Assembly: GCA_964404765.1 (NCBI GenBank)
Contig: CAYOLL010000004.1
Location: 1 to 34,314 of the forward strand
Direction of reading: 5' to 3'
Origin: an uncultured Gemmatimonadota bacterium
GTDB taxonomy: Bacteria; 4572-55
DNA: 34,314 bases
Shown: piece after piece, positions 6,723 through 14,141 of the stretch
How the letters are laid out: each line of letters opens with the position of its first letter
Position numbering within the stretch: position 1 is the first letter of the stretch
The notes under the pieces: generated by a model
The model's input: only the letters and a program-made list of their open reading frames with translations
Told to the model about the DNA's origin: nothing
The model's database searches: none
Position numbers and translations under genes: made by a program

Positions 6723-8435
6723 ATGGGAAATTTTTTACCAAATCAAATGCGTACGTGTGATACGACGCGGCTACCCGTTTGTCTGACGGCGCAGCTATTT
6801 ATCCGCGCTCATGCCGTATTTGCCGTTGTCTATTTACTGGTGGGCGCGATTGCCGCGCTACTATTGGCCTTGACGCGCTGGTCGGCGGTCCATCTGCTGC
6901 CTGCCGATTGGTACTATCGCATTTTGACTTTACACGGTATCAACATGCTGATTTTTTGGATGCTATTTATGGAAGTAGCGATTCTCTATTTTGCCAGCAC
7001 AACGCTGCTTAACTCACGCACTTTTTCCAAACCAATGGGTTGGGTCGGTTTTGTGCTGATGGTTGTAGGCTCGCTCATGACCGATTGGATGATTTTAACC
7101 GGCAAGGGCGATGTATTAATGACCTCATACGTGCCGCTCAAAGCGGATCCGATGTTCTATCTGGGCATCATTTTGGTAGCCGTCGGTGTCTTGCTGGGCA
7201 TTGTTAATTTTTTTGGAACACTCTATATCGCTAAACGGGATCATACTTATACCGGTTCGGTGCCATTAGTCACTTTTGGCGCATTGGCCGCGGCCATTAT
7301 CGGCGTGCTGACCATTTTGCATGGCGCGGCCATCTTGATCCCGACAATGCTCTGGTCAATGGGTTTGATGCCGGTCCCGGACGCGGGCGTTTATCGTCTG
7401 ATCTGGTGGGGACTGGGCCATGTTTCGCAGCAAGTAAATGTCTGTGCGATGGTTTCCGTGTGGTACTTTCTGGCCACGCTGACTGTCGGCGCGCGCCCGC
7501 TAAACGAAACCGTCTGTCGCACGGCTTTTATTCTCTATATTTTATTCATCAACTTAGCTTCGGCGCATCATTTATTGGTCGATCCCGGTGTTGGAGCTAC
7601 CTGGAAAATATGGAACACTTCCTACGCTATGTACCTGGCTGTATTAGCCTCGCTGATTCACGGCTTCACCGTGCCGGCATCGGTCGAAGTGGCCCAGCGC
7701 ATGAAAGGCTACACTCGCGGCATGTTCCAATGGCTGACTTCCGCGCCGTGGGGCGATCCGGGCTTTTCCAGCTTCTTCCTGTCGCTGACAATTTTTGGTT
7801 TTATTGGTGGTATTACCGGAGTGACGCTGGGCACTGAGCAAATTAATATCATTGCTCACAATACGTTGCGTATTCCCGGTCACTTCCATGCCACAGTGGT
7901 CGGCGGCTCAACGCTGGCTTTTATGGGTTTAGCCTACTATGTGGTTCCGCTGATTTTTCAGCGTGAGTTTTATTTAAAGGGCGTTGCTCGGGTGCAGCCG
8001 TACATTTTTGCCGCCGGTATTGTTATGCTGTCATTCGGGATGTCCTTTGCCGGTTCATACGGTGTGCCGCGCCGCCATTATGATGTTGATTTTACCGGGG
8101 CGAATATTCCGGCCGGTTTCGACTCTGCCGCACACTTTATGTTAGGGATTGTCGGTATTGGTGGAACTCTGGCTTTCATTGGGGCATTGATTTTTGTTCT
8201 GCTGGTGGTGGCGGCTGTCTTTTTTGGTAAATCCAATGTCGGTCAGCCCATGTCCGCCTGGCAATCTGCGGATAATCTGAAAATGAACGCCAACGTGCTG
8301 TCCCGGCCAATTGATGAGGCCATTGCGCATAAAGTTCCGGGTACTGTCACTTTAACGCTTGTCTTATTGGTATCTTTTGTGGTATACTATTTTGCTAACT
8401 GGAAAGCGTTGGCAGATGTCTGGTTTGTGCGGTAA
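6723..8435 (+). CDS. Heme-copper oxidase superfamily subunit I (B-family-like; putative NO reductase catalytic subunit)
   Basis: It has 12 or more TM helices with a helix-II His (LHGINMLIFWMLFMEVA), the helix-VI CuB His in WWGLGHVSQQVNV, the helix-VII HH in ASAHHLLVDPG, and the helix-X heme ligands in GHFHATVVGG. The 570-aa size is close to ba3 subunit I. Gln replaces the Tyr of the GHPxVY motif. An AGGAGG RBS precedes it. Confidence 0.9.
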   Translation: MGNFLPNQMRTCDTTRLPVCLTAQLFIRAHAVFAVVYLLVGAIAALLLALTRWSAVHLLPADWYYRILTLHGINMLIFWMLFMEVAILYFASTTLLNSRTFSKPMGWVGFVLMVVGSLMTDWMILTGKGDVLMTSYVPLKADPMFYLGIILVAVGVLLGIVNFFGTLYIAKRDHTYTGSVPLVTFGALAAAIIGVLTILHGAAILIPTMLWSMGLMPVPDAGVYRLIWWGLGHVSQQVNVCAMVSVWYFLATLTVGARPLNETVCRTAFILYILFINLASAHHLLVDPGVGATWKIWNTSYAMYLAVLASLIHGFTVPASVEVAQRMKGYTRGMFQWLTSAPWGDPGFSSFFLSLTIFGFIGGITGVTLGTEQINIIAHNTLRIPGHFHATVVGGSTLAFMGLAYYVVPLIFQREFYLKGVARVQPYIFAAGIVMLSFGMSFAGSYGVPRRHYDVDFTGANIPAGFDSAAHFMLGIVGIGGTLAFIGALIFVLLVVAAVFFGKSNVGQPMSAWQSADNLKMNANVLSRPIDEAIAHKVPGTVTLTLVLLVSFVVYYFANWKALADVWFVR

Positions 8436-8446
8436 ACTTCTAACAT

Positions 8447-8506
8447 GGAGTGCAAAAATAGATTTTTGCAGTGGGAAAAAAGTGCAAAATTAAAATTTTG
8501 CACTCC
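8447..8506. promoter_or_regulatory. Two adjacent copies of the palindromic motif: GGAGTGCAAAAATAGATTTTTGCAGTG at 8447-8473 and AGTGCAAAATTAAAATTTTGCACTCC at 8481-8506 (a perfect 26-bp palindrome)
   Basis: Inverted repeats read directly, 37 to 95 bp upstream of the HiPIP ATG at 8543. Confidence 0.4.
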
Positions 8507-8542
8507 GATACTTTAACCAATTTTAAATGGAGCGAACCAATC

Positions 8543-8893
8543 ATGGAAAACATGATTACCCGGAAAGAGTTTTTGAAAAAACTTGGCCTGATCGGCGTGG
8601 CCGCTTTTGGCGGCAGCACGCTATTAACGGCTTGCAGTAAAGGCGGCGAGCAAAGCGGGGGCGGCGCAGCGGCGGATCCTTGCGCGGATATCAGCGGCTT
8701 GAGCGATGCCGATAAGCAGACCCGCACCCAATTTCAATACGCTACAACGTCCGCCGATCCCAACAAGACCTGTGACAAATGCGCTTTGTGGCAAGGCGTA
8801 ACCGGCAGCGGCCCGTGCGGCGCCTGCCAGGTTGTCAAAGGCCCGATCGCCGTTTTAGGCACTTGCACGGCGTTTGCGGCCAAGCCGGCGTAA
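8543..8893 (+). CDS. High-potential iron-sulfur protein (HiPIP), lipoprotein-anchored
   Basis: The signal peptide has a lipobox (GSTLLTAC). The mature domain, TQFQYATTSADPNKTCDKCALWQG....GPCGACQVVKGPIAVLGTCTAF, matches the HiPIP four-Cys pattern C-x2-C...C...G-x-C with conserved aromatics. Confidence 0.7.
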   Translation: MENMITRKEFLKKLGLIGVAAFGGSTLLTACSKGGEQSGGGAAADPCADISGLSDADKQTRTQFQYATTSADPNKTCDKCALWQGVTGSGPCGACQVVKGPIAVLGTCTAFAAKPA

Positions 8894-8904
8894 TGTTATT
8901 TTTG

Positions 8905-8956
8905 AACCGGATCAACCCAAAGGATTTTGCGAGCCTTTTGGGTTGATCTTACCGGT
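8905..8956 (+). other. Long imperfect hairpin: AACCGGATCAACCCAAAGG-loop-CCTTTTGGGTTGATCTTACCGGTT (about 19-bp stem) between the HiPIP and sco genes. No adjacent U-tract.
   Basis: Read directly. The loop contains ATTTTGCGA, which resembles the TTTTGCA half-site. Confidence 0.35.
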
Positions 8957-9044
8957 TCTGTGAATTCGAGACTCGGTCAAAATTTTTTAATCAGTTTAGT
9001 GATAAATGGATATATTTTTCCTTTATCTGCAAAGCGAGGCTCCT

Positions 9045-9992
9045 ATGAAAATCATCGAAAATATACAGCAATTCCTGATTGGCTGGCGCTTTCCGGTGAT
9101 GATGGTGTCCATGCTGCTTTTTTTCAGCCTGGAGTTATTTATTGTCCTGTTGATTCCGGCTTCGAGCGGGGCGGCGGCACAGTTTGCCGAAGATTTTAAA
9201 ACCTGGTGTTTTGGCTATGACCCGGCTACGGGTAAACTGGAATGGGGTTATGTGATTATGTTTCTGATTCAGCCCTTGATGATGTGTGGCGTAATCATCA
9301 TGGTTTGGATCAAGCCGCTCAAGGAAGTCTGGCAAGATCGTCCGACTCAGACGGTGCCGTATCTGGTCAGTTCGGCTACGATTGTGCTGGCCCTGGGTGT
9401 AAGCCTGACGCTGATGGTTGGCGCGGATGCCCGCGCTGCCGATGAGCAATTGCCTTTTCCGGCTGAGGCGCTGCGCACGGAACTAAACCCGATCCCATTT
9501 TCGCTGATGAATCAGGATAGCGCCGTTGTGAGCCTGGAATCGTTAAAAGGCCGGGTGACGCTGATTACGGCAGTTTACGCCCGCTGTGGCTATACGTGCC
9601 CGATGATTTTGGCGCAAACGCGTCGGGTGATGAGCTCCCTGACGCCACAGGAATTGAAAGAGCTTTCGATTCTGGGCATCACGCTCGATCCGGAGCATGA
9701 CGATGTCGCCGTGCTGCGGGAAATGGCCGCCGGTCAACAAGTCAAGACGCCGCTGTTCCATTTTCTAACCGGCGAATCAGCCTATGTTAACCAAACCCTT
9801 GATATGTATGGTTTTGCCCGCAAGCGCAATCCGGAAACCGGGGTGATCGACCACGCCAATCTTTTTTTATTAATTGATCGGCAGGGCAAAATCGCTTATC
9901 GCTTTTCGATTGGCAAACGGCAGGAAGATTGGCTGGTTCACGCCATACGCATGTTGATTAAAGAAAAAAAGGGTTCGGGTGTCGCGGCATGA
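9045..9992 (+). CDS. SCO1/SenC-family copper chaperone with an N-terminal polytopic membrane extension
   Basis: The C-terminal thioredoxin-like domain carries YARCGYTCP (the CxxxC copper site) and a downstream DHANLFLLIDRQG (conserved His). The N-terminal 140 aa contains 3 to 4 hydrophobic helices. A GAGG RBS precedes it. Confidence 0.8.
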   Translation: MKIIENIQQFLIGWRFPVMMVSMLLFFSLELFIVLLIPASSGAAAQFAEDFKTWCFGYDPATGKLEWGYVIMFLIQPLMMCGVIIMVWIKPLKEVWQDRPTQTVPYLVSSATIVLALGVSLTLMVGADARAADEQLPFPAEALRTELNPIPFSLMNQDSAVVSLESLKGRVTLITAVYARCGYTCPMILAQTRRVMSSLTPQELKELSILGITLDPEHDDVAVLREMAAGQQVKTPLFHFLTGESAYVNQTLDMYGFARKRNPETGVIDHANLFLLIDRQGKIAYRFSIGKRQEDWLVHAIRMLIKEKKGSGVAA

Positions 9993-10053
9993 CCTGAAAA
10001 ACTCGTGACAGGCCACAAAGGCACGAAAACACTAAGTTTCACGAAGTTTGTTA

Positions 10054-12207
10054 ATGTTTTATGTCTTCAGCGCTTATGTTTGTGAACAATTCACCCGGAA
10101 AATTATGCGCCCACGCCCCATCATTACCCATGAGGATATACCACAACTAAATGCAACGCATGTGCGTGATGCCCGGTCCGAACCACCGGTGCGTGGCGAA
10201 GCTCTGCTGACCCAATTAGATATGCAGTTTACCCGGCTAAACCGATGGGTTAAGGCTGTCGTCCCTGATGCACTTAATCCGTTTACGCAGATGGGCGCCG
10301 TGGCGGATACGATGTTTATCGTTGCCATTATTAGTGGTATCTTGCTGTTGTTTTGGTATAAGGCCAGCGTGTTTCAGGCCTATGATTCGTTAGAAGCGAT
10401 GCGGCATAATTGGCCGGCGCAGTTAGTGCGCTCAATCCATCGTTATAGTTCGGACGGTTGTTTGCTCTTTGTCATTTTACATGCATTGCAAATTCTGGGA
10501 GCACGCAAGTTTGGCGGTGTGCGCTGGCTGGCCTGGGTTTCCGGTGTGGCGCTGGTCTGGCTGTTATGGGTAGATGGCTGGACGGGTTATTGGCTGGTTT
10601 GGGACGTGTCGGCGCAGCAAGTAGCGCTTGGCACCGCGAAATGGTTAGATGTGCTGCCGATTTTTGCCGACCCTTTATCACGTTCTTTTTTAACTGACGA
10701 CAGCGTCAATTCGTTATTCTTTTTTGTGGTGTTTTTTATCCACATGCTGCTGCCGCTGGTCATGGGTGTGGCGTTGTGGATTCACATTATGCGCTTAAAT
10801 GATTCGCATTTTCTGACCAATCGCAAGTTGACCGGCATTTTGCTTACGGCGCTGGTAATGGTTTCGCTTCTCTTTCCGGCTCTATCGGCTGAACAAGCGG
10901 CCATGCAAATCGCGCCACAATCTTTCAAGATGGATTGGTTTTATTTATTACCGCTGATTGTGACGGATCGTTTACATGGCGGTGGTTTGTGGTTAGTTAC
11001 CGTCATTTTTACGGTTGCTTTTTTTAGTGTGCCGTGGGCTATGGCCCGACAACGATCCGCGCCGGCAAAGGTCAATCCGGAACGCTGTCACGGCTGCACA
11101 CAGTGTTTTCAGGATTGTCCATTTAACGCGATTACGATGCGCCCGCGTGATGGTAAGCATCCGGTTGTATCCTATATTGATCCGGATAAGTGCGTGGGCT
11201 GCGGCGTGTGCGTCGGCTCGTGCGATCCCTGGGCAATTGAGTTTGATGCCCTGCGGCAGATGGATGTGCGCAAATGGATTCGTCAGCGGCTCAAGATCGA
11301 AACTGCTGATCCGCGTCACGTTGCTTTTGTTTGCGCCGATTCTGCCGGGGCGGATTTACAACTGAATGCCGCCGGGGAGTGCGCTGAATTGACTGGCTAT
11401 CGAATCGTGCCTGTGCCGTGTGTAAGCTGGCTGTTTGCGCCCATGATCGCGCAAGTATTGCGGGCCGGTGTGCCGGGGGTGATGGTTGTGGGTTGCGGAC
11501 CAAACGAAATTTGTCGTAAAGGCAACCGTTGGACGGCCGAACGTCTGGCTGGAACCCGCGAGCCTTATTTACTGATGACACCTTCTGCGGCCGCAGATCA
11601 TGATGAAAGTGATCTGGTTGGGCGGATTCGATATATACGCTACGATCGATCGCAGAAGGCGGAATTTATTGCCGACGCGCAGGATTTTCGGGCCGGAAAA
11701 GTGACTGCGCCAAAAGTGTCCGCCCGGCGTTGGGCAAACGTGGTGGTTATTTTTCTTATCTTAGCTGGGGCGATCATTACATTGAGTCGCATGCCCTATC
11801 GTCCGCCACAGTTGGAAACCGCGGAATTAGTGATCTCTTTCAAACATCCGGGGCAGTTGGTCGAGCAGGTTACGGCTTCCGCTGCCGATCAACAAAATAT
11901 ATTGCCGCACATGCGTGGCGGCGCCTCTAAAAAGAGGTTACGTACGGCGGTTCGTTTGCAGGTATTCGTCGATGGCGCAGAAAAAGTCAATCAAACACTG
12001 GCTCCACGCGGTCTATTTAGCGATGGCGCTAGCATTGCCATTGAAAAAATACCGCTATTGGAAGGTCGCCATCTGGTTAAAGTGCGAGTAGGCGATTCGG
12101 CTAATCCGGATGAATGGCAATTTTCTGATTCGCGCGAGCTGGATTTTAAAATAGCAACGCGACGTGTAGTTTTGTTCAGCAAATCGGCGGGATTTAAATG
12201 GTATTGA
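10054..12207 (+). CDS. Multi-domain membrane electron-transfer protein: di-heme cytochrome b (N-terminal), 2x[4Fe-4S] ferredoxin, an MvhD/FlpD-like domain, a TM helix and a C-terminal about 150-aa domain
   Basis: Two H-x13-H pairs in TM helices ([16 protein letters not shown] and [16 protein letters not shown]) match the cytochrome b heme bL/bH ligands, alongside an R..H..A...F motif. [12 protein letters not shown] and [12 protein letters not shown] are two 4Fe-4S motifs. [10 protein letters not shown] ... [37 protein letters not shown] resembles the methyl-viologen-reducing hydrogenase delta subunit domain. The start is uncertain: the ATG at 10054 and the ATG at 10105 both lack a clear SD, and the TTG at 10048 is also possible. 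Confidence 0.7.
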   Translation: MFYVFSAYVCEQFTRKIMRPRPIITHEDIPQLNATHVRDARSEPPVRGEALLTQLDMQFTRLNRWVKAVVPDALNPFTQMGAVADTMFIVAIISGILLLFWYKASVFQAYDSLEAMRHNWPAQLVRSIHRYSSDGCLLFVILHALQILGARKFGGVRWLAWVSGVALVWLLWVDGWTGYWLVWDVSAQQVALGTAKWLDVLPIFADPLSRSFLTDDSVNSLFFFVVFFIHMLLPLVMGVALWIHIMRLNDSHFLTNRKLTGILLTALVMVSLLFPALSAEQAAMQIAPQSFKMDWFYLLPLIVTDRLHGGGLWLVTVIFTVAFFSVPWAMARQRSAPAKVNPERCHGCTQCFQDCPFNAITMRPRDGKHPVVSYIDPDKCVGCGVCVGSCDPWAIEFDALRQMDVRKWIRQRLKIETADPRHVAFVCADSAGADLQLNAAGECAELTGYRIVPVPCVSWLFAPMIAQVLRAGVPGVMVVGCGPNEICRKGNRWTAERLAGTREPYLLMTPSAAADHDESDLVGRIRYIRYDRSQKAEFIADAQDFRAGKVTAPKVSARRWANVVVIFLILAGAIITLSRMPYRPPQLETAELVISFKHPGQLVEQVTASAADQQNILPHMRGGASKKRLRTAVRLQVFVDGAEKVNQTLAPRGLFSDGASIAIEKIPLLEGRHLVKVRVGDSANPDEWQFSDSRELDFKIATRRVVLFSKSAGFKWY

Positions 12208-12359
12208 TCAAATAGATTTGCACAAGTTTCAAATTTTAGCGCACTTGCGTGCTAATAATGGACATGTAAGTCTATTATTATATTTTGTTTGCTACTTTAA
12301 TTCACAACGCGAGTTTGTGAGCTCGCACAATATCAATCTAAGGGAAGGAGTACGGGTTA

Positions 12360-13846
12360 TGGGAACAAAAAAGGGGTTGTTTTTCGGAACAGCGATGGTG
12401 ATTTTGACGCTTTCGTTATCGCTTATTTACTCATGTAATGAGCAGCAATCGGCACAATCAAAGTCAAGTGGGAGTAGCAGTAAAGCAGACAATGGGCTCG
12501 TTAAGTTGGAGCCGGTGGCCGTACAAGGCGAGGAAGTGGCAGTCTTAACCGATCCACCGATGGTGCCGCCACCGATTACGCGCACCAATGCGACAAAAGT
12601 GATTGTCAATCTGGAGGTTATTGAAAAAACAATGCGGATTGCCGACGGAGTGATGTATACTTTTTGGACATTCGGCGGGACGGTGCCTGGCAAGTTTATC
12701 CGCGTGCGTGAAGGCGATTTTGTAGAGTTTCACCTGAAAAATCATCCGGAAAATAAGTTGCCGCATAATATTGACTTACATGCGGTTACGGGACCTGGCG
12801 GCGGCGCAGCCTCCTCATTTACTGCCCCGGGGCACGAGTCGGTCTTTTCGTTTACGGCGATGAACCGCGGCTTGTATGTCTATCACTGCGCGACGGCGCC
12901 GGTAGGTATGCATGTGGCCAACGGCATGTATGGCTTGATCTATGTTCAGCCAAAGGAAGGCTTGCCGCCGGTTGACAAAGAATACTATGTTTTCCAAAGC
13001 GATTTTTACACCAAAGGCGCGTATGGCGCAGCCGGTCTGCAACCCTTCAGCATGGAGAAAGCTTTGCAGGAACTGCCGGATTATGTGGTTTTTAACGGCT
13101 CCGTCGGTTCGACAACCGGCGATAAGGCGATGACCGCCAAAGTCGGCGATAAAGTGCGCCTTTTTGTTGGCAATGGCGGCCCGAATATGGTCTCTTCCTT
13201 CCACGTTATTGGCGAAATTTTTGATAATGTTTATGAAGAAGGCGGCGATCGGGTTAATCATAACGTGCAGACAACAATGGTTCCGGCGGGCGGCTCGACG
13301 ATCACCGAATTTGTGTGTGAAGTGCCGGGCACGTTTATCCTGGTTGACCATTCCATTTTCCGGGCGTTTAACAAAGGCGCTATCGCGATGCTAAAAGTCG
13401 AAGGCGCTGAAAATAAAACGATCTACTCCGGTAAGCAGGATGATCGTATCTATCAAGGTGAAGGTTCTGCGGTGCAGGAAATGCCGGGGGGAGCTGTTGT
13501 CGAAGCGCCCGCAGCCAAGACCAAAGAGGAGCGTATGGAGCGCGGACAAAATGTGTATAAATCCATTTGCATTGCCTGCCATCAGGCCGAAGGTCAGGGT
13601 ATGCCGGGCGCATTCCCGCCATTGGCCGGTTCGGACTTCCTGAATGCTGACAAGAACCGCGCCATCAAGACGGTAATGAACGGCTTGGAAGGTAAGGTGA
13701 CGGTTAACGGCGCGGATTACAACGGCATCATGCCCAAGCTGAACCTGACAGATGAAGATATTGCCAATGTTGTTACCTATGTGCTGAATAGCTGGGGCAA
13801 TAGCGGCGGCGAGATTACGCGAGATGATGTGAAGAAACTGCGGTAG
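12360..13846 (+). CDS. nirK: Copper-containing nitrite reductase (NirK) with C-terminal mono-heme cytochrome c domain, lipoprotein
   Basis: The lipobox is LSLSLIYSC. The type-1/type-2 Cu ligand motifs are [13 protein letters not shown] and [18 protein letters not shown]. The two-cupredoxin length fits NirK. The C-terminal [19 protein letters not shown] is a CxxCH heme c site. A GGAAGGAG RBS precedes it. The ORF-track start at 12218 is a TTG far upstream. Confidence 0.9.
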
Positions 13847-13870
13847 TATTGTTAAAAATTAGTCGTGCTA

Positions 13871-13912
13871 CAGATACCCACTTTCTTCATGGAAAGTGGG
13901 TATCTGTGTTTG
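13871..13912 (+). terminator. Rho-independent terminator after nirK: CAGATACCCACTTTC-loop-GAAAGTGGGTATCTG followed by TGTTTGG
   Basis: A perfect 15-bp stem followed by a T-rich tract, read directly. Confidence 0.6.
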
Positions 13913-14141
13913 GTAGAGCCAGAATTGCTCTCGCCCTCTTTGAACGCCTTCGCAAACTGCTTCCGAATACACATTTCCTGACAAGTTAGACCGATCTTAT
14001 CATCCCATCCGAATTTTCAAGTGTATTAGCCAAAACGCTTGACAAGTTTTTGCCGCGTATGCTATACTTGAACGGTATTTAACTTTTCGTACAAATCGAC
14101 ATATTTTTTTATTCAGCGGGGCTAAAAATAAAGGACGCCAC

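Noticed and set aside
8927-9199. 90-aa plus-strand ORF overlapping the sco start
   Set aside because: It is out of frame with the strongly supported Sco gene and has no RBS.
14039-14069. TTGACA ... TATACT as promoter of the Clp-like gene
   Set aside because: The spacer to TATACT is 19 bp, and 13 bp to the alternative TATGCT. Neither fits a confident sigma70 promoter, so I did not report it as a feature.
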